64,000 nucleotides of DNA from Neodothiora populina (Eukaryota), in assembly GCF_041146345.1 (NCBI RefSeq), contig NW_027191419.1:558001-622000 (forward strand). The letters are read 5' to 3'. Below, piece after piece: positions 38,286 through 53,316 of the stretch. The notes under the pieces were generated by a model. The model worked only from the letters and a program-made list of their open reading frames with translations, made no database searches and was not told the DNA's origin. The position numbers and the translations under genes are program-made. The stretch's first letter is position 1. Each line of letters opens with the position of its first letter.

Positions 38286-41200
38286 ATGAACTCGTCTCAT
38301 CGGGACGGCGCCGGTTGGCCGCCTGGACACGGCGCAAATCCGCAGCATCACCAGAGAGAAAGAGAACGAGAGAGGGACAGAGAGAGAGAAAGAGAGAGAG
38401 ATTCACAGGCCGCTGGCTTTGGGTATGTTCAGGAGTCGCTTTGTTGTCTTGTTCCTCGAGCATGAGTCGGTGTGGAGGGACGACGATCTGATCGCCACGT
38501 CTGCTCTACTACTCTGGCGGATGTCTTGACTACGCCCCTCCTTTCTTCCTCTTCGTCGACTGTCGCCAGCTTCACCCTACTTGTCTGTCTATCGTACCGC
38601 TGACACTCTTCACTGCAACAGACCGCATTCAGGAGCTCAGCCTTCCCCTCACAACGCCCCGCGTTCTCTTCCACCACCCTCAGGTAAGACACACTCGTCA
38701 TTCTTGTGTATTCTTTCAAAGATGCTAAATACTCCCCACAGCTTCCCCATACGCTCCATATCACCAACCAGCTCACGGCCTCGGCGGCTTGTCCAGCTTA
38801 AATCAACCCTCGTCTCGACACCCGCAACAGCCGCAGTCCGGCCTTCCTCAGCCTTTCGGTGTTCCTGGCTTGGGTCAGCAGCAGAGCATGCAATCACGCG
38901 AACTCGCCGAGTCGAGAGAAAGAGATCCCAGGGACGTACACATCAAGGAAGAGCAGGACGCCGCCGTGCGACGAGATCAGCAGCGCGATCGCGAGCGAGA
39001 GCGTGAACGAGAGCGTGAACGCGACATGCAGCGCCAGCACATGGATCATCTTGGTCCACACCAGCCTCAGCCAGCGCACATTCATCTCCATCAGCCCGTC
39101 GCTGTCGGTCCCAGGACGGTGCATGGCCCGAATGGACTGCTAGGCAACCCCAGCGCCATTGGTGCTCCGAGCCCCCATTCACATCTGCCTCCTCCCGCGC
39201 CCCCTGCAGCCGTCTTCAGCGGTGGTGCGGTGCAGCCTCCTGCGCAGCCTGCGCAATCTTCTCAGGCCGGCATGCTTCTTCCCTTTGGTCCAAACTCCCA
39301 GGGTCAGAATGGCAATGTTGGCCAAGGACAGCAGCCCATCCTCAACGTACGTCATCTCGCTCATTTTATGTCTACATGCGCGCAGAGTTGCTAATATCCT
39401 TCGTTTGCACAGGACGCCCTGAGCTACCTCGATCAGGTTAAGGTCCAGTTCGCAGATCATCCAGATGTGTATAACAGATTTCTGGACATCATGAAGGACT
39501 TCAAGAGTGGAGCGTACGTTCGCACCAGAGCCCGAGATAAATATCAGTAAACTGACAACCTCGACAGCATAGATACGCCTGGCGTCATTGAGCGCGTATC
39601 CTCTCTTTTCGCCGGCAACCCTGAGCTCATCCAGGGCTTCAACACTTTCCTCCCGCCTGGTTACCGTATCGAGTGCGGCACTGGTGATGACCCCAACGCT
39701 ATCAGAGTCACCACACCCATGGGCACCACTGTGTCCACCATGCCTGTGCCCCAGCGTCCCCTGTCAAATCCTCGTGCACCCCCTCAATCTTCACAGGAAG
39801 CAGGACCAGATGGTAACTTTGGTCGTTTCAGACCAAACGAGGGCAGTTACACCCCTGGTCAGCACCAGCCCCCTCCTGCTATGCTCAGTCCAGCATCTCG
39901 CCATGCTGCTCCGCCTGGTTTCGCTGCTCAGATTGCCCAGCAGCACCAGCAACAGCAGCTGGAGGCTCAACAGCGCGAGCAGCAGGCGCTTGCCCATCAG
40001 CAGGAGCAACGCAACGTCTCTCAGCTTCAGAGCGCGGTCTCCGCTGCTGCCAGTGACGCATTGCCCCGACAGGCTCTGATGTCTCCGTCTGGTGCCTCTC
40101 CCGCTTCCATGCCTGGTCAAGAGATGGCTATCGGTCCCGACGGCCAACCCTTGGGCCCGGGAATGGAGAAGCGGGGCCCTGTCGAGTTCAACCACGCTAT
40201 CAGTTACGTGAATAAGATCAAGAACCGATTCTCTGCTCAGCCCGACATTTACAAGCAGTTCCTTGAGATTCTCCAGACGTATCAGCGGGAATCAAAGCCT
40301 ATCCAGGATGTCTACGGCCAAGTCACCAGACTCTTTCATTCCGCTCCCGATCTGCTCGAGGATTTTAAGCAATTCCTTCCAGAGTCAGCCGCTCATGCCA
40401 AGGCTGCCGCTGCCGCGAGACAACAGCAGGACGATGCTGTGATGATGAGCAATGTCAGAAACGAGCCATTTTACACACCTACCGCCCAACCTCATCAAAC
40501 CCCACGTACCGAACACCGCCTACCACCAGTCGGCAACTTCGCCCCCACTCCTACCGTGAACAAGGACAATAAGCGAAAGCGAGGCGAGAGACAGGGTACT
40601 GTGGCCAGTAGCGCTATGCCTGAGCCGAATGGCACAGGCGCAGCGGCGGCTGCTGCTGCTGCTGCTGCCAACGCCGCCGCGACTGCAGCCAGCAAGGGTG
40701 GAAATGCATATGGGCAAGTCGCCAACGCCAACAAGCGTGCAAAGCAAGCCCATGGTGGCAAAGGCATCGCGGGTGATGTTGTGCCTCTTTCTCCAACTCT
40801 TGTTCCCGCTCTGCCAGAACCACTTCCTCCGACGTCGACCATCAACCCCACCAGCGATGAGCTTGCTTTCTTCGATCGCGCCAAGAAGGTCATTGGCAAC
40901 AAGAACACTATGAATGAGTTCTTGAAGCTGTGCAACTTGTTCTCCCAAGATCTCATCGACCGCGCCACGCTTGTGTACAAGGCTCGCAGTTTTATCGGAG
41001 GAAACCCGGATTTGTTCGGTTGGTTCCAGCAGTGGGTGGGACACGAAGAGAAAGACGTTGCCATTGAGAACAAACCAAGAATACCCACTGGCAGAGTCTC
41101 GTTGAGCAACTGCAGGGCGCTTGGCCCGAGTTATCGACTGCTCCCGCAGCGAGAACGTCTCAAGCCTTGCCGTGGTCGCGACGAGCTTTGCAACGAGGTT

Positions 41201-43445
41201 CTCAATGACGAGTGGGCTTCTCACCCTACCTGGGCATCCGAGGACTCTGGTTTCATCGCTCATCGTAAGAACATTCACGAGGAGGGCTTGCACAAGATCG
41301 AAGAAGAGCGTCACGATTACGATTTCAATATCGAGGCCTGCAGTCGCACCATTCAGTTGCTGGAACCCATTGCCCAGCAGCTGCTCCGTATGACACCGCG
41401 TGAGCAGGAGACCATGGAGATTCCTCCTGGTCTCGGCGGACAGAGCGAGACGATCCACAAGCGTATCATCATGAAGCTATACGGACGCGAGAAGGGCATG
41501 GAGGTTGTCAAGCAGCTTCACTCCAAACCGTACGCTGTCGTGCCTATTCTCTTGAACCGACTCAAGCAGAAGCAAGAGGAGTGGAAGCAGGCACAGCGCG
41601 AGTGGGAGAAGGTCTGGCGTGAGCAGACGCAGAAGATGTTCTGGAAGTCTCTGGATCATCAGGCCGTCAATGCCAAGCAAGCCGACAAGCGTCAGTTCCA
41701 GACCAAGGTTCTCGTTGGAGAGATCCAGACCAAATACGAAGAACAAAAGCGACTGCGCCTGGCCCAACAGGGCAATCTCATTCTCGGCCCACAGCTCAAG
41801 TACAAGCTCGAAGAGTCTGGAGTTGTACTGGATGCATCTCATCTCGTCCTCTTGTACGCGGAGAGATATCATTCGACAGATCATCCGAGGTTGACTTCCT
41901 TCATTCGGGAATTCATTCCTTTGTTCTTCGGTCTAGACAACGAGTGGTTCAACGCGCAGATCAAGAACAGAGCCGGCGACTCGCCTCAGCACGAGACACC
42001 CGAGGACGGCATGTCGGCGTTTGATGATCCTATCACTTCCAAGCCTCGCAAGGCTCCGGGCAAAAAGGATGGCTTACTTCGTGGTGTGTTGGATCGTGGT
42101 CGCAAATCTCGCAAAGACGATGGCAGTCAGACCCCAGTCAGTCGCGCTTCGACGCCTGACAATGCCTCGCGAGCGGATGAGGACATGGCTGATGGAATCA
42201 ACTCGATGGAGGATGTCAAGTCCGACGCTGCCATCGATATTTGGACTCAGCATCCTTTACACGGAAACATTTTCCAGGATTCCGATGTGTTGCTTACTCA
42301 GGCTTACAAGCGCGATGTCTTCAACTTGTACGGCAACACCGAGATCTACTGCTTCTTGAGAATCTTCACGTTCTTGTACGAGCGTCTGTCCAATCTGAAG
42401 CATTCCGAGGTTGAAGTGCACAAGACTGTCAAGCGAGCTCTCAAGCCCAAGCCTGCCATCGAACTGGGCATCGTCGACAAGCTACCCACCGACTTTTTCA
42501 GCGACACCGGTGAAGACGCCAATTACTACAAGCAGATGCTGAACATGTTTGAAGATCTGATCCGCGACGAGATGGAGATGGTCCACATTGAAGAGGCATT
42601 GCGCAGGTACTACCTCCAGACAGGTTGGCAGCTGTATTCTCTGGACAAGCTGCTCAGCGCTCTGGTCCGATTCGCCATCAATATGATAAGCAGCGAGGGC
42701 AAGAACAGGAGCTGGGACATTCTGCAGCTGTTCAAGAAAGACAGGCAAAAGGAGGAGACCACATTCCAGGATGAGTCTAGTTACCGGAAACAGGTCGAGA
42801 AGTACACCAAGGATGGCGACATCTTCAAGATTTCATATGTGAGTTGATGCTATCGACATTCGTGATTGCCTAGTTGCTGACATTGAGCAGGATCAGAAGT
42901 TATGTGAGCTGGCGGTCCAGGTCTTCAAGAAAGAAGATCCCACATTCGAGACGTTCAAGCTGCTCGAAGCGGACAGATGGCGGGTGTATGTCTCGCAATA
43001 CATCAGGCTGCCTTCGACCGAGGACGTCCGTCTCACTAAGCGGCCTTATCTGTCGGCGAACCTCAGGCCACTGATGGAACCCAACCTCGACAACACTGAA
43101 GACCGGACGGACGAGTGGCTCAGACGCTACGAGCAGGGCACATATGACGACAAGCTTGTCTTGCGCATATCCGTCCAGCAATACAAGCTCATGTTCGAGC
43201 GCAACACCGAGGAGTATTATTATCAGCCCTTGGCGGTGCGAGAGAACGGCAAAGAAGGAGCGGAAGAAGCCGAGGCGACGGTGTCGTACAGGGCAGAGCA
43301 ACTACAGGACACGCTTCTCATCAACAACAGCGCCATGAGAGGGCTCAGCAAGGAGGACGTCGAGGGCAAGAACGAAGCGTTCGCCCAGTTGGTCAAAGAC
43401 GGACCAGGTAACGACGCAGGTGACGACAGCGAGATGGAGGGATAG
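38286..43445 (+). CDS. SIN3: Sin3 histone deacetylase corepressor scaffold (exons 38286-38422, 38622-38683, 38742-39346, 39413-39513, 39568-42838, 42891-43445)
   Basis: PAH1 [30 protein letters not shown]2 [20 protein letters not shown]3 [12 protein letters not shown], and [40 protein letters not shown]. Confidence 0.96.
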
Positions 43446-44537
43446 TGCTCTTTTTTCTCTTCTGCTGCTAATGCTTTTGCTGGCGGCAATGTCCAACATC
43501 AACATCAAGCGGAGCAATGCATATCTAATAAAGGGCTACTGTTACTAGTGCTACTGCTGCTACTGCTGAGATTTCAGTAGTGTTGGCACATTCATGACGA
43601 GATATTTAACGGACAGGACAGACAGGACGGGCGGGATTCTGCTTTTTGTTTCTACCGGCATATTTCCATTCGCGGTAGAAAAAAGCGATGGAGTGAGCGG
43701 CGAGTTGTGGTGAGCTTTGATGGATGGAATGATGATGGTGGGGGGGAAGTAAACATTATCAGCGATGATGATGATGATGATGAGCTGCAAAGTTTTCTGG
43801 TGTTGTTTTTCTGTTGCTGTGATACATTATATCTTTTACTTCTATCAAGTTTTTGTTTTTTTCATGTATAAGATCCGTCGGTCTTTGATGCCTTTTTGTC
43901 GACCTTGCTACTTGTAGCAGTAATAGGCGAGATGCAGAGACACTGAAGTCGATCATTCTCTAAAAGTCTAGTGTTCGATGAGTGGTGTCGATACTTCTTA
44001 TCTGCGCAATTCAAGAACGGACGTCGCCAATTCATATAAATCGGGCCAAGGTAGCCCAACAACCCGCAGCCTTTATTGGTGATATGAAAGTCGAAGAAAA
44101 AGGCGGTTGAACTATCGAGGGGGTTAGGGCGACCCTGGTTATCATCGACATGCTGTAGTCATGTGCAAAGCCGCTCGGCAGTTCTCTCTCTCCTCGTACA
44201 GACAATGTCTCTGGTTTCGATATACCTGGTTCCGAGTTTCGTTGTTTGGATTGTTTTTCTGGGTCGATTAGTGGACGGACGGGTCTTGAGAGATTGGAAT
44301 ATATCGAGGCGGATGTGACGTGACGAGCATGTTCCCGCTCGGCGTTAAGATTCTCTAATTGACATCCTCCCCCTCCTCCACATCTCCTTTCGGGCCTTGG
44401 TCTAGCAAGCACCTTTGTTTGTTCTTTGCTTGCCACAAGTAAGCCGTGGACTCTTTTCTCTGGATTGCAAGCATTAATTATAAAAGAAGAAAAGAGAGAA
44501 GAAAAGAGTAGAAAAGAGAGAGAAGACAAGACACAAA

Positions 44538-45831
44538 ATGCAAGCATCGAGACGAATCGTCGTCTGTGTCCCTGCGTCCGCTGTAGGTCATGGTCGTGCA
44601 GGAGCAGCAGGAGCAGCAGGCGCGGCAAGAGTAGTAGGAGAGACGACGGGTTTGATACCACGACGGACGTGTAGGTTTCAGTAAGTCGTGGAACTTCTTT
44701 CTCATTGCATATCTCTCTCTTTCGCTTCGTCTGGCCGCTTCGCTTGTTCGCCGTTTGTAGATTGGTATTGTAGAAGTAGGGTCGACCCCTATGGACATGT
44801 CCAAGAAAAGACAAGAAGCGAGGATTCTCTAGAGGGGGACAACAAAAGCAGACAAGAATCGACTGACACGTCCAGACCCGGCCGCCAACTAGCCCCGGCA
44901 GCCACAATCTGCATCCGCAGCTTCTCCCAGACCACCCATGTGCAAAAGAAAGGCGGCAAGGCGGCGCGCGAAGCCTCTCGCTCCGAGTCCACATCTCCTT
45001 CTTCCTCAAAGTCATCATCTTCTTCTTCGCCATCAACAGTAGCAGCAGCAGCAGACGACCCATCCGACTTCACGACGCTAGAAGCCGACATCAGCAAAGC
45101 CATTGAGCGCCTCAAGTCCGACCTGTCGAAACTGCGATCAGGCGGACGGTTCAACCCGGAGGTATTGGAGGGGTTGAGAGTCCATTTACACTCTGCTTCG
45201 TCGTCGGCTGGTGCTGGACATCATCATGATGAGAAGGGCAGTGCAGGGAAACACAGCAAGAGCGGGAAAGAAAGCGACAGTGCATCTGCAGCAGCAGCGA
45301 GCCAGACGACGACGACGGTCAAGCTGAGCGATGTGAGCCACGTCGTGCCCAAGGGCCGCACGGTGCAGATTCTCGTGAATGAAAGCGACGTGAGTTTTTT
45401 TTGTTTTGTTTTGGTTCTCCCCTTCTCCATTCCTTCACGCTGCTACACGCACCAACCAGCAACTAACACGACGCAAAAAGTACCTCAAACCAGTAACCTC
45501 GGCGATCCAATCCAGCAGCCTGAACCTCACTCCCCAGCCGGACCCGACGGGCCAAAACGCACTCATGCTCGTCCTTCAGATCCCGCCTCCGACCGCCGAG
45601 TCCAGGAAGCAAGCCATCAATGCGGCGTCGAAAGCCGGCGAGTCGGCGAACACGGCGATCCGTAATGCGCGCGGCGCGCAGCAGAAGAAGATCAGGGCGG
45701 CGGAAAAGGCCAAGAGTGTCAGACCCGATGATCTGAAGAAGATTGGGGTTGCCATGGAGAAGGTTGTGGAGAAGGGGACTGCGGAGGTCAAGAGGGTTGT
45801 GGAGGGGGCGAGGAAGGCGCTGGATGTTTGA
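44538..45831 (+). CDS. RRF1: Mitochondrial ribosome recycling factor (exons 44538-44680, 44876-45389, 45481-45831)
   Basis: Arg-rich presequence ending IRSFSQT. LKSDLSKLRSGGRFNPEVLEGLRV, VKLSDVSHVVPKGR and IPPPTAESRK..AIRNAR. Confidence 0.88.
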
Positions 45832-46052
45832 TCTTCGTTGTATCTGCCATGAGCAAGAAGTTCAGAAGGGGCGAGGCGGGGCCGTGTAAGATACGTCAAG
45901 AGCAAGAAAAGCGAACATGTGCAAACATGTATCATAAGTAAGAGTTGGATGAGATTGTAGACTATTCTCAAGCATCAGCGGGAAAAACAGAGCACAGAGG
46001 ATGCGATTACTCCCCGTGTCCCAACCTCCTACAGTTTCCTCTCCCCAGCCTT

Positions 46053-47118
46053 TCACAGCATCCCCTTCCTCCAGCTCCTAGTAGCCAACTCCTCAATCCC
46101 CCTAACCTCGACCGGGCCCTTCGTAACTCCGTCATCAATCGCCTCAACAATAGCCTCAGCGACGACATCCGCCTTGAGCGGCTTGACGCCCCCAGCACCC
46201 ATGACGCCCGACAGCGCACCCCCAACAAGACTATTCGCCATGGCGCCGACCCACGTCGCCGCAGCAAGCGGCATTGTGAAGCCGCGCGACGCATCGAACA
46301 GCATACCGGGTCTGACGAAGACACTGCGCAAGCTCGGCAAGTTCAGCGCGATGGCCTGTTCCGCCGCACGCTTGGTGTCGATGTATCGCCTGGGCAGGAC
46401 GGGGGCGCCGCCGGCCGCAGAGACGTAGCAGAAGGTCGGTCGTGTCGTCGCCTCACCATCGATACCCTCAGCAGCGGCCGCGGCCGCAGCCGCAGCAGCA
46501 GTCTCCTTGGCGAGCAAAATCGCCGAGTCCCGATTCATGACCTCGTAAGTGATCTGGCCGCCGTCTTCCTGCGGCTCGAAGGTGCCCTCGTCTCCCGTCC
46601 TCGCGAAAGGGTCCTGCGTGCCCTTCTTCGTGCTGCTGAAAGCCCGCTGCAGACCCGCCACGAGCGGCTCTTTGCCCTGCAGCACGCCTTTGTAGTCGGC
46701 TTCGAGCAGGATCCCCATGCTGTGCACTACGCTGTCTGCGGAGCGCAGGTGCGCGCGGTAGGTTGACGGGTGTAGGACGTTGGCGCTTATCCATTCGACG
46801 TCTTTGGACCAGGCTGGGGCGGTGGGCGAGGAGGTTACGGAGGACCAGGTTGGTTCGCCGGAGCGGCTGGGGGAGGGTCAGGGCTGTGTATCTTGTGGAT
46901 ATGGATGCGAGAGGTGGGGGGTTCTTGCCTGAGGGATACGACGTGCCAGCCGCGTGCTGTTGCTGCTTTGCAGATGCGGGATCCTGGCACGGGGCACGTC
47001 AGTTTTGTTGCTTGTCTTGTACTTGTCATGCGGGAATGCTGCGACACGCACCTAGAAAGCCATTGCCGCCCGCGACCACAATCTTTTTCCTAGCTGCTGA
47101 GGAAGCAGCGGATGCCAT
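46053..47118 (-). CDS. COQ11: Atypical SDR, Coq11/NDUFA9-like NAD(P)-binding mitochondrial protein (exons 47052-47118, 46929-46983, 46053-46866)
   Basis: KKIVVAGGNGFLGSRICKAA..GWHVVSLSRSGEP, VVHSMGILLEADYK, YVSAAGGAPVLPRRYIDTKRAAE. Intron 2 is GC-AG. Confidence 0.85.
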
Positions 47119-47863
47119 TGTTGGTTATTCGGTGGCCGACTGTTTTCTGGGCATGTGATGGGATGGACCTGGCAGAAAAGGCTCGGTTTGATCTGGTCAA
47201 GTACAAGTCGCGAAGAAGAGATGGCGAACCGATCACTTGCTACAATTCACATGCAATCAGTCGGGGAGTTGTATATCATATTTATATATATGAGGTATGG
47301 CTACAGTATGCAGTATATCCACAAATCTCATCATCTCATCGTTTCAAGCTCGCAGAGTTCCACGCTTGCCTTGTTTCAATCTAGTGCACAGATGAGGTCC
47401 CCGATCTCTCGGTCTCTCTCTGCAGCTGTCCCCTGTATTCTCCGGACCGGTCGGCGCAATCATCAGTCCGAGCCGATGATTGTTGCGGCCTGGAAATCCT
47501 CCGATTGGTTGGTATTGATGCTCGCCTGCCCGCCTGCCCGCCTGCCTTCCCGTACTCTGTGCTGTGCTGTAATTACCGTCTACTACTACCACCACCACTA
47601 CTACTACCATCTTCACTTCCATGTCGAAATCATCGTGACGATAGTGGCGCATCACTTGGTGGATCACCTGCATCGACGGACATATCTCCTCGACAGCATC
47701 AACGCGTCAATCACGGACGAGTCCTCTGCCAGAACACTCTACACGACAGCCTTCAATCCCAGTGCATAGCAGTGCGGCGCGCTCCAGGCGCAGCAGACAG
47801 AACCATCCCACTCGAACCACACGCCAGCATCACAACCCAGAAAACAGCAAGCGCACGACCAAA

Positions 47864-48670
47864 ATGCCCGCCGCGACCTCCTCAAAACGGATCAAAGCAA
47901 CGCGCATCTCACGGCCCTTCATAATCGGCTCTCAATCATGGACGCTCACGCCCCAAAACCACCCGGACCCGATCCCCGAGAACCACACCAAAGGCTGGAA
48001 AGTCTACGTCAAGCCGCTCGAGCACGGGCCGGACATCAGCAGCTGGCTGAAGAAAGTCCAGTTCAAGCTCCACCACACATACACAGACGCCAGCCGCACG
48101 ATCGAGGCCCCGCCCTTTGAGATCCAAGAGACGGGCTACGGCGAGTTCGACATCGAGCTGCGGCTGTATTTCGATAGCTCGAGTGGCGAGAAGGCGCAGT
48201 ATCGCGTGCATCGGCTGCGGCTCGAGCCCTTTGGGAGCGAGGCTGAGGTCAAGAGGCAGATTGCGGACAATTCGGTCACTGCCGACTGCATGGAGATTGT
48301 CGAGTTCAATGAGCCGTCTGCTGAGTTTTTCGCGAAGCTCACTAGTGAGGACCAGTTTGCGCATTTGCGCAAGAAGAATGCTTCGGCGTCTGGCAGCAAG
48401 AAAGCTGGTGGAGGAGGAGGAGGAGGAGGAGGAGGAGGAGGAGGAGGAGGAGGAGGAGCAAAAGGCGGGAACGGAAGGAACAACAAGATTGAGTATGAGG
48501 GCGGGAGGGAACCGACTGCGAATCTACCGGATCGTGGAGGGATTTGGAGCAAAGCCGGCGAGAAACAGTGGTTGGATCAGCTGGGCAAGGCGCACAAGGA
48601 TCTCGATGCTTTGATCGCCGAGGAGAGCAAGAAGGCTGTTGAGCGGAGGCAGAGGTTGGCTGCTGCTTGA
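47864..48670 (+). CDS. YAF9: YEATS-domain NuA4/SWR1 subunit Yaf9
   Basis: RPFIIGS..HTKGWKVYV..DISSWLKKVQFKLHHTY..RTIEAPPFEIQETGYGEFDIELRLYF; C-terminal coiled coil; ATG in AAAATG context. Confidence 0.92.
   Translation: MPAATSSKRIKATRISRPFIIGSQSWTLTPQNHPDPIPENHTKGWKVYVKPLEHGPDISSWLKKVQFKLHHTYTDASRTIEAPPFEIQETGYGEFDIELRLYFDSSSGEKAQYRVHRLRLEPFGSEAEVKRQIADNSVTADCMEIVEFNEPSAEFFAKLTSEDQFAHLRKKNASASGSKKAGGGGGGGGGGGGGGGGGAKGGNGRNNKIEYEGGREPTANLPDRGGIWSKAGEKQWLDQLGKAHKDLDALIAEESKKAVERRQRLAAA
48410..48457 (+). repeat. (GGA)16 coding microsatellite (poly-Gly17 in Yaf9)
   Basis: Read directly. Confidence 0.95.
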
Positions 48671-48993
48671 TTTTGTTTTTTTGTTACTTTCTCTCCTCCA
48701 CTGTTTGCTCATCATGAGAAAAAAAAACACCAGGAGTAGAGACCGATGGAAAAGAAGAAAAGAGCACGAGCATGTTCCACAAACGACGAAGATGATGAAC
48801 TTAAGATACCCCTTCCGCACCCCTTTTCAATCAGAAACAAAAGCATAGCCCCTCTAGCTGGGGGTTGAGACTGTCCATTTACTTCAGACATCCTCTGCTA
48901 TTCTGTAATTTTCCTGCTCGGGCAAGATATCGGATCCGAATCGGTATAGAAAATCTTGTCATACAGTTCCGCAAAGGGGGAAAAAAAAAAGGC

Positions 48994-52811
<3,818 letters not shown>

Positions 52812-52948
52812 CTTGGCTGGATGCCTGAATTCAGGCGACTAAAACTAGACTATGTGCGAAGCATCCAGCGAAAACTTGTATCAAGGTTCTCTGTATGGAA
52901 TGGTATAGGAAAATAGCGAGAGTTGCGCACTTGCCCACTTCGACCAGG

Positions 52949-52976
52949 TCGCGTTATCAACGCGATGTAAGCGCGT
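52949..52976. promoter_or_regulatory. MCB-like (ACGCG core) elements upstream of SMC3
   Basis: Inverted repeat TCGCGTT-ATC-AACGCGA plus GCGCGT, about 140-165 nt upstream of the ATG. Confidence 0.5.
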
Positions 52977-53316
52977 CTCGTCTACCGAAAGATCGGACCA
53001 TTTGCTTCCGGCTTCCGATGTTTGAGGTTCAGATCCCCGCATTTACTTGTACTTGTACTCGTACCCGAGCTACTTGTACCGCAACTGCCATAGACCAATA
53101 CTCTTTTGCTGAGATATGCACGTCTGCCTTACTTGCACTTTGCACTACAAGTGCTTTGATATTCCTTATATGATCAGAGACCGAATTAAATTTCCATGTC
53201 ACTTGGGGTATCTTGCCGTCCGCGTCCACAAATCTCCTACCATGGTCTATGAAATGGTGTAGTCACACTCTTGTGTTCCATCTAGACAGAAGTCCCTTCG
53301 CCCATCCTTGGATCCA

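Noticed and set aside
44032..45063. 343-aa minus-strand ORF overlapping RRF1
   Set aside because: Low-complexity, antisense to a real gene and its promoter, with no domain signal.
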